DNA of 64,000 nucleotides from Candidatus Latescibacterota bacterium (GCA_965237525.1 CBDEFO010000008.1:1248001-1312000), one strand, 5' to 3'; numbered from the stretch's first letter, positions 19,714 to 29,966 are shown. Made by a program: numbers and translations. The notes: generated by a model from the sequence alone, not told the origin.

Positions 19714-19967
19714 GTCCACTCGCCCTTTCAGCAGGCATATGTAGGGGCGAACCCATGTGTTCGCCCGATTTATCCGTATCTAGAGGGCAGACACGCGGGT
19801 CTGCCTCTACGAGAACACAGCGTGAAGAGAGGATGTGCCCCTGTCTACCTAATTTAGCTGTAGAAACTTAGGATTATCATGAGCAACGTCGTCGAGTACT
19901 ATAGGGGGCTCCCCTCTGATGAGTGGAAGTGTCTGGTGGAGAGTTGAGCTAGAAGGAGCAGATAATC

Positions 19968-20436
19968 ATGCCCGTACGCGAATTACGAGAGTTTCTGGAC
20001 AGCAATGCAATAAAATACGTGACCATCAGTGACTCTGAAGCCTACACCGCTCAGGAGATTGCAGCATCCGCACACATTCCGGGAAAGGAGTTGGCCAAGG
20101 TAGTTTATGGTTAAGATCGATGGCAAAATGGCACAGGCGGTCTTACCAGCGTCCCTTAGGGTCGATGTGGACCGGTTAAAGCAAGCTTCCTGAGCGAAAA
20201 CAGTTGATGTTGCCACGGAACAAGACTTTGCACACATGTTTCCAGAGTGCGAAGTCGGTGCTATGCCACCATTTGGAAATCTTTACGGAATGGAAGTTTT
20301 TGTGGCGGAGAGTCTGGCCGAAGATGAGGAGATTGACTTTCACGCAGGTTCCCACACCGAATTGATCCGGTTGTCGTACAAGGATTTTGAAAGGTTAGTC
20401 GAGCCAAAGGTATCTGATTTCTCATCGAAGAACTAA
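19968..20436 (+). pseudogene. YbaK/EbsC-family aminoacyl-tRNA deacylase, disrupted
   Basis: [28 protein letters not shown], then +1 frameshift near 20106, in-frame TGA at 20191, then FPECEVGAMPPFG. Confidence 0.88.
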
Positions 20437-20549
20437 ATAAGTAGCCAGCAGTCATCAGACAGATGAAATTGCCTCGGGGTTTTACCCGCCGCGATGACTG
20501 AGAAGACCGCTGAAGTACTAAACGACACATATGAACCGTCGTTGCGAGT

Positions 20550-20570
20550 GCCCGATTGAATCTATCGGGG
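20550..20570 (-). repeat. 21-bp palindromic element, reverse orientation, followed by an extra ATCGGGG
   Basis: GCCCGATTGAATCTATCGGGG. Confidence 0.8.
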
Positions 20571-20672
20571 ATCGGGGAAGCTCAGCGTGAAGCCACGGGT
20601 CAGCGAAACAAGCTTGAAGATAGTGCACTTCTGCAAGAGAGAACTACCCAAGGGAGAACTACCAAGAAAGAG

Positions 20673-21092
20673 ATGAAGCCGGTGAGGATGGAGAACGCTA
20701 GGGACAGAAGAATAAGGATACTCTTGGCCAAGGTTGGCTTGGACGGCCACGACAGAGGAGTGAAAATCGTCGCAAGGGCTCTGAGAGATGCGGGTATGGA
20801 GGTCATCTATACGGGGCTGCATCGGACAGCGGAGGAGGTCGTAGAGAGCGCTATTCAGGAGGATGTGAACATTATCGGAATAAGCGTCCTTTCGGGTGCT
20901 CATATGACTATCTTCCCAAGGGTATTGTCTCTTTTGAAAGAAAGGCAAGCTGACGACATCCTGGTGATAGGGGGCGGGACGATACTGCCCGAGGACAGGG
21001 AGGCCCTAAAAAAGCAGGGTGTGGCCGAGATATGGAGTCCCGGAACGCATACGGGCGAGATCATAGAGTATATCAGAAAGGCCCTCTCGTAA
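20673..21092 (+). CDS. cobalamin-binding domain protein (acyl-CoA mutase small subunit)
   Basis: [11 protein letters not shown] (DxHxxG), SVLSGAH, GGG. Confidence 0.92.
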   Translation: MKPVRMENARDRRIRILLAKVGLDGHDRGVKIVARALRDAGMEVIYTGLHRTAEEVVESAIQEDVNIIGISVLSGAHMTIFPRVLSLLKERQADDILVIGGGTILPEDREALKKQGVAEIWSPGTHTGEIIEYIRKALS

Positions 21093-22069
21093 TGGATGCA
21101 GATCGTCTCATGAAGCTTGTAACAAGACTCCTTTCAAAAGATAAGAGTGCGGCAGCGCGCCTTATCAGTTTAGCGGAAAATGGGAATCCCGACTTTATAG
21201 AATGTATGAAGAGTATCTATCCCCATACGGGAAAGGCTTACACGATCGGGATTACGGGACCTCCGGGAGCGGGCAAGAGTACGCTGGTAGATGCTCTTAC
21301 ACAGGAGATCAGGTCCCCGATAGATTCAATTGGGGATGAGGAAGAGACGGTAGGCATAATCACCGTAGATGCGACCAGTCCGTTCAGCGGAGGTGCTCTG
21401 CTTGGAGACAGGATAAGGATGCAGCGGCACTATCTGGATCCGGGCGTTTTCATACGGAGCATGGGCAGCCGTCAGAGCTTCGGAGGACTTTCAAGGGCCA
21501 CAAGAGATGGAATAAGGATCCTGGACGCGATGGGTATGGACTACGTTATAGTGGAGACTGTAGGCGTGGGGCAGCAGGAGTTGGACATCGCTCAAAGCGC
21601 AGATACCGCTGTCCTGGTGTTGGTTCCGGAGTCGGGGGATTCTGTTCAGTTCATGAAAGCAGGCCTTATGGAAATAGGTGACATATTTGTGGTGAACAAA
21701 GCCGATAGAGACGGATCAGGGAAGCTTGCGTCGGAGTTAAAGTTGGCGTTGGAATCGAATCCCAATATGGGAGAATGGATGCCCCCTTTGTGTCTCACAG
21801 AGGCAGTAAATGGAAGCGGAATAGAAAAACTCTATAAGAGTATATGCTCTCACAGATCGCATTTAGAGGACAACGGACTTTTGACGTTGAAGCGGCGAAA
21901 GCAGATGGAGTTTGAAATCGTAAGGATGGTCGAAGACAGGATAAAAGCGCAGATATTACACGGAGCTCAGAATCAAGAAAGACTCCAGAATCTCGTAGAT
22001 CAGACGGCGGAACGGAAAATCGACCCTTACGAAGCTTCAGAGGCCCTTCTAAGAGAATCCTGTCGGTGA
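21092..22069 (+). CDS. meaB: methylmalonyl-CoA mutase-associated GTPase MeaB
   Basis: GITGPPGAGKST, GGALLGDRIRM, ETVGVGQ, NKAD; carries an in-frame SPIDSIG insertion. Confidence 0.93.
   Translation: MDADRLMKLVTRLLSKDKSAAARLISLAENGNPDFIECMKSIYPHTGKAYTIGITGPPGAGKSTLVDALTQEIRSPIDSIGDEEETVGIITVDATSPFSGGALLGDRIRMQRHYLDPGVFIRSMGSRQSFGGLSRATRDGIRILDAMGMDYVIVETVGVGQQELDIAQSADTAVLVLVPESGDSVQFMKAGLMEIGDIFVVNKADRDGSGKLASELKLALESNPNMGEWMPPLCLTEAVNGSGIEKLYKSICSHRSHLEDNGLLTLKRRKQMEFEIVRMVEDRIKAQILHGAQNQERLQNLVDQTAERKIDPYEASEALLRESCR
21315..21335 (+). repeat. 21-bp palindromic element, in-frame inside meaB
   Basis: T-CCCCGATAGATTCAATTGGGG-A read as S-P-I-D-S-I-G-D. Confidence 0.9.
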
Positions 22070-22070
22070 A

Positions 22071-22121
22071 CCTCGATAGAACCCTCCCCGATATAAGCAA
22101 TCGGGGAGGGTTCTATCGAGG
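22071..22121. repeat. perfect 22-bp-stem hairpin after meaB, containing a 21-bp element at 22086-22106
   Basis: CCTCGATAGAACCCTCCCCGAT-ATAAGCA-ATCGGGGAGGGTTCTATCGAGG. Confidence 0.9.
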
Positions 22122-22173
22122 ACCAGTTTTGTCAGCAGTTAGAGCAGAATTGTCAAAAAGTGAAATTTGCCCC

Positions 22174-22202
22174 TTGACAACAGGCGCCAAAATCCTTATA
22201 TT
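22174..22202 (+). promoter_or_regulatory. putative sigma70 promoter
   Basis: TTGACA-17 nt-TATATT upstream of the gene at 22269. Confidence 0.65.
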
Positions 22203-22268
22203 CAAGCGCCTTTTTTGAAATAGCCAATTTCAAAACGATATAATCGTAAAACGGGAGGGATATTCTAT

Positions 22269-23216
22269 ATGGCAAGAAAACACCTGACGTTGATGGTTAT
22301 CCCACAAGGGGGCGTTGATGAACCCAAAAGTTTAAGCATCTCTCATCGGCTCCTGTGGGGGGCAGCCACAATTTTGGGGGCCATGGTTCTATCGCTGTTA
22401 TTCTTTGCTTTCGGATATTTCAACAAGGCAAGTCAAGAGAAGAAAATCGGAAGAGTCACAGTCGAAAACGGCGCTTTGATGAATGAGCTTGAGGATATCG
22501 GAGTAGAACTCAATCTTTTAAAGAAGAAGATGGCGGGACTGGTCAGAGAGGACGAAAAGCTGAGGATTTTAGCAGACCTTCCTTCCATAGATGGCGATAC
22601 AAGGATGATGGGCATCGGAGTTAGGGAGGAGCCAGTACTGGAGGATGCTGATAAGTACAGTCCTCTCCGGCCTATGGCCCGCTATCTTCTAAAGGAAGTC
22701 AAGATAGATTTAGATCAACTTTTAAGAGAAGCTGATCTGGAACATCAAAGCTTTCAGGAGATTGCTGATAAGCTGAATAACGATAAAGATAGGCTGGACT
22801 TTACTCCCTCGATTGATCCCACAGGTCCAGGCTCTTATATCTCCTCAGGATTCGGATTCAGGACAGATCCTTTCAGCGGTATAAGGAACAGGCACACGGG
22901 AATCGATATTGCCGGCAGAAAGGGCACACCTATATATGCCGCGGCAGACGGTTTGGTAAGCGCAACTGGAAGTATGAGATGGTTGGGCTGGTATATAATC
23001 TTAGAACACAAGTACGGATATACCACTATCTACGGTCATCTCGATAAGATACTTGTGAAGAAGGGGCAGGAGATCCAAAGGTGGCAGCAGATCGGAGAGA
23101 TGGGGAGGAGCGGGCGCACTACAGCGTCGCATCTCCACTACGCAGTCAAGCACAACGGAAAATACGAAGACCCTCTGAAGTTCTTCGCCCGGAACTACGC
23201 ATACGACATAGACTGA
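22269..23216 (+). CDS. M23-family metallopeptidase with TM and coiled coil
   Basis: SSGFGFRTDPF, HTGIDI, YGHL, HLHY. Confidence 0.92.
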   Translation: MARKHLTLMVIPQGGVDEPKSLSISHRLLWGAATILGAMVLSLLFFAFGYFNKASQEKKIGRVTVENGALMNELEDIGVELNLLKKKMAGLVREDEKLRILADLPSIDGDTRMMGIGVREEPVLEDADKYSPLRPMARYLLKEVKIDLDQLLREADLEHQSFQEIADKLNNDKDRLDFTPSIDPTGPGSYISSGFGFRTDPFSGIRNRHTGIDIAGRKGTPIYAAADGLVSATGSMRWLGWYIILEHKYGYTTIYGHLDKILVKKGQEIQRWQQIGEMGRSGRTTASHLHYAVKHNGKYEDPLKFFARNYAYDID

Positions 23217-23384
23217 AATGCGCCAAGAATCTGTGGAAGCAAGGGAACTTCGTGCTTTTCTGCACTCATCTAATTCTCCCTAACAGCGCGCGCACGGCGC
23301 CTCGCCCAGTAGAAAGAGCAGCCCGGAGGCCTTTTTCGGGATTGCCCGCATTTCTAAAGTGAGTAGTATGTAAATGACCAAAGA

Positions 23385-23414
23385 AAAGCCCGTCATTGAT
23401 GTCTGACGGGCTTT
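23385..23414. terminator. probable bidirectional intrinsic terminator
   Basis: AAAGCCCGTCA-8 nt-TGACGGGCTTT between convergent genes. Confidence 0.7.
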
Positions 23415-23591
23415 GTATTCAATACTCTGTGAGCTTTTATGAAAATTTGTCGTACGGGCCCGAGCTAAGTCGCACGGAGATTGCTACGTCACCTAACAAC
23501 GCAACGGATGACTTGATAACTAGGACCGCCAACAAAGGCATCCACCTGTAGCGTGTCAGCTTTAGCGAATCTTTGGGCGACGCCATATGTC

Positions 23592-24380
23592 CTAGGAATC
23601 CGATATCACTTTCCGCAAGCCCTCACCGTTCACCTTCCACCATTCGAACAGAATCGATATGTCGGTACCGATACAGAAATGCCGTACTCCCAAGTCTAGG
23701 TAGTACTTGGCCTTATCAACGCTGTCGATCTCAGCGCGCGGCGGCACACCCATCTTAACCGCGGTTTCACAGACCTTCCGCTCGATCGCTTTGATTTCCG
23801 GCGAGCCACCTTGGCCCGACCGACCGACGTTCATCGAATAGTCCGACGGACCCCACTGAATCATGTCAACCCCCTCCACCGACAGAACTTCCTCTATCTG
23901 ATCGACAGTCCCCTGCTTCTCAATCATAATTACCACAACGACATCCCGAAGTGCCTGAACGTACTCAGGTGTTCCCCCGTACCCCATGTAGGAGAAACGG
24001 CGCATCGCAACACCATACGTGCCGCTGTCCTCGGGTGTATCGGGACGAGCAATGCGGACACACTCTTGCACATCTTCGACGGACTGACAATCGGCGAACA
24101 AAACGCTCTGGAAGCCAGAACCGATTGCGCGTTGAGCGATGAAACTGCGGGGTTCCTGGTCAACTTTGATCATGCTGGACATGCCGAACAGCTCAGCCGA
24201 CCTACAAAGATTGTCAAGGGCATACAGGTCAAACGGGGCGTACTCGGCCACAAATTCAACGTAGTCGAACATACCGGTGTGTCCGACGACCTCGATGATG
24301 GACGGCCAGGTGTTGAGGACATGAGTGCCAATAGTTGGTTCGCCAGCAGTCAATAGCTCTCGAAATTTGTTTGGTCTCAT
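23592..24380 (-). CDS. HpcH/HpaI aldolase family protein
   Basis: FDYVEFVAEY, IMIEK, WGPSDYS. Confidence 0.85.
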   Translation of the reverse strand: MRPNKFRELLTAGEPTIGTHVLNTWPSIIEVVGHTGMFDYVEFVAEYAPFDLYALDNLCRSAELFGMSSMIKVDQEPRSFIAQRAIGSGFQSVLFADCQSVEDVQECVRIARPDTPEDSGTYGVAMRRFSYMGYGGTPEYVQALRDVVVVIMIEKQGTVDQIEEVLSVEGVDMIQWGPSDYSMNVGRSGQGGSPEIKAIERKVCETAVKMGVPPRAEIDSVDKAKYYLDLGVRHFCIGTDISILFEWWKVNGEGLRKVISDS

Positions 24381-24556
24381 GATATTAGCTCCTTAATATA
24401 GTTATCATCACTATGAACAACTGCCCCTGGCAATGTTCCCCTTCTTCTCCGATGTAGTCAGGGGATTTTGACATTAATCTTACTTTCATCAATGAATTCC
24501 AGCCAGGGCGCATAAGGATTTGTGTGTTTGCGAAGTCCTGAAGGCACGCAGATAGT

Positions 24557-24603
24557 CCCCGATCCCCCCCGATAGGTTCAATCGGGGGTAGACTCAATCG
24601 GGG
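24557..24603 (+). repeat. 21-bp element (24567-24587) nested inside another copy
   Basis: CCCCGAT-ccc-CCCCGATAGGTTCAATCGGGG-g-TAGACTCAATCGGGG. Confidence 0.85.
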
Positions 24604-24833
24604 ATTCAGTCGGAGATCTAGGGAAGATACAAAAGAAAATGTTGGATGTCAATGGAAATTTCTCAGTCAAACTACACATGTTGACTAAGGTGGGCATTTT
24701 TTGCCTTGACAGACCTTATCGAAAGACCTTACCTTGATCTGAACTACCTCAAAAAAATCTGAAGAATACCGAACCTTTTTCCTTTCTTATTTGACATATA
24801 CTTATGAAGGCATCGTTAGAGAGGGAATAAAAA

Positions 24834-25925
24834 GTGAAGGACGATGTGACCTTGGTCGCGGATGCGCTTGCCAATGGTCCTGAAGCATTTGGACCAATCG
24901 TCGAACGCTACAAAGACGCAGTCTTCGGGGTGGCACTTGCGCGATTGCGCAACTTCCACGATGCAGAGGACATAACCCAGTCGGCGTTTGTCGAGGCATT
25001 TGAACGACTTGATCGCTTGAAAGATCCGTGCCGATTGGGTGCCTGGCTCCGCTCAATCACGATCCATCGGTGCGTCAACTACCTGCGCCAGGGTAATAGA
25101 GTTGTCGATATTGAGACCATAGACGAACCTGCGGACGACAGCGCAGACCCGCAGACTGAGATAGAACGACAGGAGTTACGCGATCGGGTTATGGCCGCTA
25201 TCGGTCGGCTCAGCAAGGTTCAACGTGAGACGACGACACTCTTCTACATCAACGGCTACTCACAAGAAGAGGTAGCCAGAATCCAGGAAGTGCCGATAGG
25301 CACGGTAAAGCGTCGTCTGTACGATGCACGGGCAAAACTGAAAGAGGATATGATAGATATGGTCGAAGATGTATTAAAGGATAGTGCCCCCAATGAGGAT
25401 TTCGCAGCCCGCGTGTTCGAGTTGCTCTGCGCTTATCCCAAAGGCGGGAGAATGTGGCGCACCGACACCCGGGCAGAACTGAAGAAGATCGGCACCTCTG
25501 GTATGGAAGGTTTTATCAAGGCGCTGGATTTCCCCCACTGGCCAACTCGCAGGACGGCAGCCCACTACCTCGGTTGGATGCCACCCAACGAAACCATCGT
25601 AGATCTACTGAAGAAGGGTCTTACCGACAGAAACAGAAGGGTGCGCAGCCAGGCAGTGGACGCTCTACTCATCTGGGCGGATGTCACTGACGAACGAAGG
25701 CGCAAGGAGTTTATCCCTCTGATCGTTCCACTCCTTTTCGACCCCAGCAAAAAGGTGCGCCACTTCGTAGCAGGCAGGTTGTGCTGGAAGGCGGCTGACC
25801 AAGTGCCGTTGGAGACTGTGGCCGAGGCTCTGGTGAACGAGGACGATCCTGCTAATCGCGAGCGGCTGCTATACCTGCTTCAAAAGGTCCTTGAAACGCG
25901 TAGTGACAAAGTAGATCAAGCCTAA
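24834..25925 (+). CDS. ECF-type sigma-70 factor with C-terminal HEAT-like repeats
   Basis: DAEDITQSAF, AWLRSI, IGTVKRRLYDAR; C-terminal LTDRNRRVR..AVDAL and LFDPSKKVR. Confidence 0.88.
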   Translation: MKDDVTLVADALANGPEAFGPIVERYKDAVFGVALARLRNFHDAEDITQSAFVEAFERLDRLKDPCRLGAWLRSITIHRCVNYLRQGNRVVDIETIDEPADDSADPQTEIERQELRDRVMAAIGRLSKVQRETTTLFYINGYSQEEVARIQEVPIGTVKRRLYDARAKLKEDMIDMVEDVLKDSAPNEDFAARVFELLCAYPKGGRMWRTDTRAELKKIGTSGMEGFIKALDFPHWPTRRTAAHYLGWMPPNETIVDLLKKGLTDRNRRVRSQAVDALLIWADVTDERRRKEFIPLIVPLLFDPSKKVRHFVAGRLCWKAADQVPLETVAEALVNEDDPANRERLLYLLQKVLETRSDKVDQA

Positions 25926-26147
25926 AAATAGGCGGTAAAAGGCTTCCGGACCCGGTGCAGGCGCGTGTGTGTACGCGCCTGCACCGGGCTGGCAGTTCCC
26001 TCACGATACAGACACACCTGCCGCGTGAGGGCCGCCTGTATAAATCTAATCCCCGCGGAGCAATCTGGCGGGGATTTCTGTGTACGCCGAATAAGAAAAC
26101 AACAGCTTAAAGATTTTTGGAATATAAAGAAAGGATGGAGTAAAGAC

Positions 26148-27506
26148 CTAATCCCCGATCATCATCAACCTTATGTCCATCACATTTGTGCCGGTCGGAC
26201 CGGTTATTATAAGATCATCTAAAGGATCGAAGAAGTCGTAAGAATCGTTGTCTCTGAGGTATTTTGCAGGGGATAATCCTATCTGTTCAGCCCTTTTGAC
26301 TGTGCTTCCATCCGCTATCGCTCCGGCGGCGTCGGTGGGGCCGTCTGTTCCGTCGGTTCCAGCGCTCAGTACTACTATGTTATCCCAGCCCTGAATGTCC
26401 AAGGCGGATGCTAATACAAACTCCTGATTCCTCCCCCCTTTTCCTTTTCCTCTTACTGTAACTGTGGTCTCACCCCCTGTTATGACGCAAGCGGGCGGGG
26501 AGATAGGAACTTTTGAAGATGCAATTTCTACGGCTATAGCCGCGTGCATTTTGGCTATTTCTTTAGTTTCCCCCTCCACCCTTGTGGAAAGGACGAGCGT
26601 GTTGTATCCAAGTTGAGAGGCCACGTCTTTGGCAGCATCCACGGACAGACGATTATTCCCTACAATTAGATTTGTGCAGTTTGAAAAGATTCTGTCGTCC
26701 TTTTGGGGAGTTTCTTCTATGTCTCCGTCAGCTCCGCGCCTGAGCCTCTGGAGCACTTTGAGGGGAACTTGATCTGTCACCTTGTATTTTTCAAGTATCT
26801 CTATACAATCCAAAAATGTGCTCTCATCCGGAGCTGTGGGACCTGATGCTATTACGTCCGTGGGATCTCCGATTACGTCGGAGAGGATAAGAGAAGTGAT
26901 CTTCGCGGGATAGGCGGCTCTTGCCAGCTGTCCGCCTTTGACAGATGACAGGTGTTTTCGTATTGCGTTTAGTTCAAAGATAGTAGCTCCACATTCCAAG
27001 AGGAGCTGTGTGGTCTTTTGTTTTTCTGATAGTGTCAGGCCATCGGCGGGTGCGGGCATAAGAGCTGAACCGCCGCCGGAGATCATGCAAAAGACCAGGG
27101 CTTTGTCGTCCAACTGGCAGAGGAGCTTTAAGAGCTTTCGCGTTCCAGCAACGCCCTCTCGATCGGGGATAGGATGTCCACATTCGACCACCTCTATCCT
27201 GTGAAGATCCGCAGCATGGTGGTACTTGGTGTTTATCACTCCTCCTGTTATGCAGTCGCCCAGTATATCTTCTAAGGCTCGCGCCATCTGAGTCGAGGCT
27301 TTCCCCATTCCGACCACTACGATTCTGGACAGATCACAGATGGAGTATTCAATGCAAAGCGACCGCTGTGGGTCATCCAGCCTTATCCTCTCGCCGTCAA
27401 ATTGAACTACTCTCTTTACGCATTGGACAGGATCTGCAGCCTTTACAGCTGCCTTGAATATCTCATATCCGTCGCGCCTCATCCTCTTAGATGAATAGCT
27501 GGACAC
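26148..27506 (-). CDS. glycerate 2-kinase (GckA/TtuD, MOFRL family)
   Basis: GMGKAS, ISGGGSAL, SDVIGD, IASGPT, GGETTV, GGRNQE, GTDGTDG, GPTGTNVMD. Confidence 0.93.
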   Translation of the reverse strand: MSSYSSKRMRRDGYEIFKAAVKAADPVQCVKRVVQFDGERIRLDDPQRSLCIEYSICDLSRIVVVGMGKASTQMARALEDILGDCITGGVINTKYHHAADLHRIEVVECGHPIPDREGVAGTRKLLKLLCQLDDKALVFCMISGGGSALMPAPADGLTLSEKQKTTQLLLECGATIFELNAIRKHLSSVKGGQLARAAYPAKITSLILSDVIGDPTDVIASGPTAPDESTFLDCIEILEKYKVTDQVPLKVLQRLRRGADGDIEETPQKDDRIFSNCTNLIVGNNRLSVDAAKDVASQLGYNTLVLSTRVEGETKEIAKMHAAIAVEIASSKVPISPPACVITGGETTVTVRGKGKGGRNQEFVLASALDIQGWDNIVVLSAGTDGTDGPTDAAGAIADGSTVKRAEQIGLSPAKYLRDNDSYDFFDPLDDLIITGPTGTNVMDIRLMMIGD

Positions 27507-27645
27507 ATAAGTCCTCTATAAATAAGTAGAAAGCATACAGGGATGGATAGCCATACCCTGTTTACCCCAGATTGAATACCCGATAGTCCCCGATTTATGC
27601 TATCGGGTATGGCGATCGGGGACTACTGTCTACTCTTTCTTACTC

Positions 27646-29082
27646 TTATACTCTCAGCTCGGCCTTTATGCCCAGAAGTTCACTATTCTCTTCGAGTATG
27701 GGATCTACTTCGTTCTGAACAAACTCTTTAACCTGGGACGGAGCTCTTCCTAAGAAGGATTTAGGATCTGTTATGGATAGAAGCTCCGCCTCCGTGAAGT
27801 TGAAATAGGGGTCTTTCGAGATGCGGTCCAAGAAATCGTTGTCAAGGCCATCCTCTTTAACCCTGCGACCTGCTTCCATAGAGTGTTTTCTTATCCTTTC
27901 GTGAGCCTCCTGTCTATCCCCTCCCCTCTTGACCGTCTCCACTATGATATTCTCAGTAGCCATGAAGGGGAGCTCTTCGCGGATATGTCTCTCTATCATC
28001 TTGGGATAGACAACTAATCCCGTTGTGACGTTCAGAAGCAGAATTAGAATCGCATCTACGGCCAAGAACATCTCTGGGATCGTGATCCTTTTGTTTGCCG
28101 AGTCATCCAGTGTTCTTTCCAGCCATTGCGAGGCCGCTGTGAAATCGGGACTCTGTGAGGTAGTTATGACGTAACGGGAAAGCGCGCACATCCTCTCGCA
28201 TCTCATAGGATTGCGCTTGTACGCCATGACTGACGAGCCCACCTGATCCTTCTCAAAGGGCTCCTCGATCTCTTTTAAGCCCTGAAGGATCCTTATGTCG
28301 TTTCCGAACTTATGGGCACTTTGGGCTATTCCCGACAGCAGACCCGCTATCTGGCTGTCTATTTTCCTTGTATAGGTCTGTCCTGTGATAGGCAGGGAGC
28401 CTTCAAAGCCCATCTTTTGAGCTACCGTAGAATCCAGCTTCTTGACCTTCTCCTCATCTCCATCGAATATCTCAAGGAAGCTGGCCTGCGTGCCTGTAGT
28501 CCCTTTGACTCCTCGGAATTTGAGGACGTCTGTTCTGTACTCGATATCGTGGAAGTCTATCAGGAGGTCGTGAAGCCAGAGTGAAGCTCTCTTTCCGACT
28601 GTGGTCAATTGCGCAGGCTGGAAGTGGGTGAACGAGAGTGTGGGGAGATCTTTGTATGCAAGCGCAAAGTCTCTGAGGGCAGAGATGACGTTGAGAAGTT
28701 TCTTTCTTATTATGAGGAGTCCGTCTCTCATTACAATGAGATCCAGATTGTCAGTTATGAAGGCGCTGGTAGCTCCCAGGTGTATGATAGGCTTTGCCTT
28801 GGGACACTGGAGTCCGTAGGCGTAGATGCGCGCCACAATGTCATGACGGACTTCTTTTTCCTTTCTTATTATCTCCTCGTAGTTGATATCGTCTTTGTGG
28901 AGCTTGAGTTCCGTAATCTGCTCATCCGTTATAGGAAGACCCAATTCCTTCTGGGACTCAGCGAGGGCTATCCAGAGATCCCGTTGAGTCGAAAGGGTCC
29001 TTTTGTGGGAGAAGTTGTATATCATCTCTCCGCTTGCGTACCGTTCGACCAGGGGATTTACGTATTCGTTGAGGTTCGTCAT
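27646..29082 (-). CDS. purB: adenylosuccinate lyase
   Basis: HLGATS, FTHFQPAQ, GVKGTTGTQASF, GSSVMAYKRNP, ERTLDDSA. Confidence 0.96.
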   Translation of the reverse strand: MTNLNEYVNPLVERYASGEMIYNFSHKRTLSTQRDLWIALAESQKELGLPITDEQITELKLHKDDINYEEIIRKEKEVRHDIVARIYAYGLQCPKAKPIIHLGATSAFITDNLDLIVMRDGLLIIRKKLLNVISALRDFALAYKDLPTLSFTHFQPAQLTTVGKRASLWLHDLLIDFHDIEYRTDVLKFRGVKGTTGTQASFLEIFDGDEEKVKKLDSTVAQKMGFEGSLPITGQTYTRKIDSQIAGLLSGIAQSAHKFGNDIRILQGLKEIEEPFEKDQVGSSVMAYKRNPMRCERMCALSRYVITTSQSPDFTAASQWLERTLDDSANKRITIPEMFLAVDAILILLLNVTTGLVVYPKMIERHIREELPFMATENIIVETVKRGGDRQEAHERIRKHSMEAGRRVKEDGLDNDFLDRISKDPYFNFTEAELLSITDPKSFLGRAPSQVKEFVQNEVDPILEENSELLGIKAELRV

Positions 29083-29279
29083 TTCTATGTTTCCAAGAGA
29101 AAATGTCCAATCTCTGCTGTCATGACAGGGAGGATGAATGCGAGTTTTGCCACTGTGCCTTACTGCTTGATCTGGGGTGACTTCGATCTGTGCGGACTAT
29201 ACGGTGTTTGAGAATAAAGAAGGACAGCCGGACGCTCACTTTTCTGATCGGTAGACAATGTGTAAATTTTTGTTCTTAT

Positions 29280-29366
29280 TGGTGCCGAAGCCGGGACTCG
29301 AACCCGGATGGAGTTGCCCCCGCTGGTCCCTGAAACCAGTGTGTCTACCAATTTCACCACTTCGGC
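29280..29366 (-). tRNA. tRNA-Leu(CAG)
   Basis: GCCGAAG acceptor stem, CTGGT-TTCAGGG-ACCAG anticodon arm, long variable arm, GGTTCGAGTCC, encoded CCA. Confidence 0.96.
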
Positions 29367-29462
29367 AGATAGCATAATTCCTATACACAGCAGTCAGTAC
29401 TTCTAATATAGAGAAAGGGGGATTAGAAGGCAACAATTTTTGCTCCAAAAGGACAAAATACT

Positions 29463-29813
29463 TCATAGTATTGCCAGCGCCTTTTCAGCAGGTCTGCCAA
29501 TTGCTGCGCGGTTCCCCTTTACCACGATAGGACGCTCTATAAGAATAGGATTATCCACCATTATCTGGATCGATTCCTGCCTGCTGAGATCTCCGTCATC
29601 TATCTTTAGCTTTCTGTAGACATCTTCCTTTTTGCGCATAAGGTCTTTTGGCTCTATATCTAGCATCTTCAAGATCACATCTAAGGTTTTAGCATCGGGT
29701 GGTGTCTCCAAATAGTGTATGATATGAGGATCTATCCCCCGTTCTTTAAGTAGAGATAGCACTTCTCTGCTCTTACTACATTTAGGATTGTGGTAGATCG
29801 TTACATCGTTCAT
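29463..29813 (-). CDS. arsC: ArsC-family glutaredoxin-type arsenate reductase-like protein
   Basis: YHNPKCSKSR, LIERPIV, IGRP. Confidence 0.85.
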   Translation of the reverse strand: MNDVTIYHNPKCSKSREVLSLLKERGIDPHIIHYLETPPDAKTLDVILKMLDIEPKDLMRKKEDVYRKLKIDDGDLSRQESIQIMVDNPILIERPIVVKGNRAAIGRPAEKALAIL

Positions 29814-29937
29814 TAGTGCCTCTTTTTCTTAGATCTGTTCAGTGTCAAAGCTCATAAACATTATCCTCTATCAATATAATAGATTCTTTACGAAAATGCA
29901 TGGCAAAAGATTAAAAAAAGAAAACCTTGAATTGTCC

Positions 29938-29966
29938 TTGACAATTTTCTCATACACGATTATTTT
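29938..29966 (+). promoter_or_regulatory. putative sigma70 promoter of the rplM operon
   Basis: TTGACA-17 nt-TATTTT. Confidence 0.45.

Noticed and set aside
20440..20670. Cobalamin riboswitch upstream of the B12-binding domain gene
   Set aside because: No B12-box or conserved core seen; the region is explained by repeat remnants.
20673..22069. Mutase small subunit plus meaB without a large subunit as a novel system
   Set aside because: Split acyl-CoA mutases with the large subunit encoded elsewhere are common.
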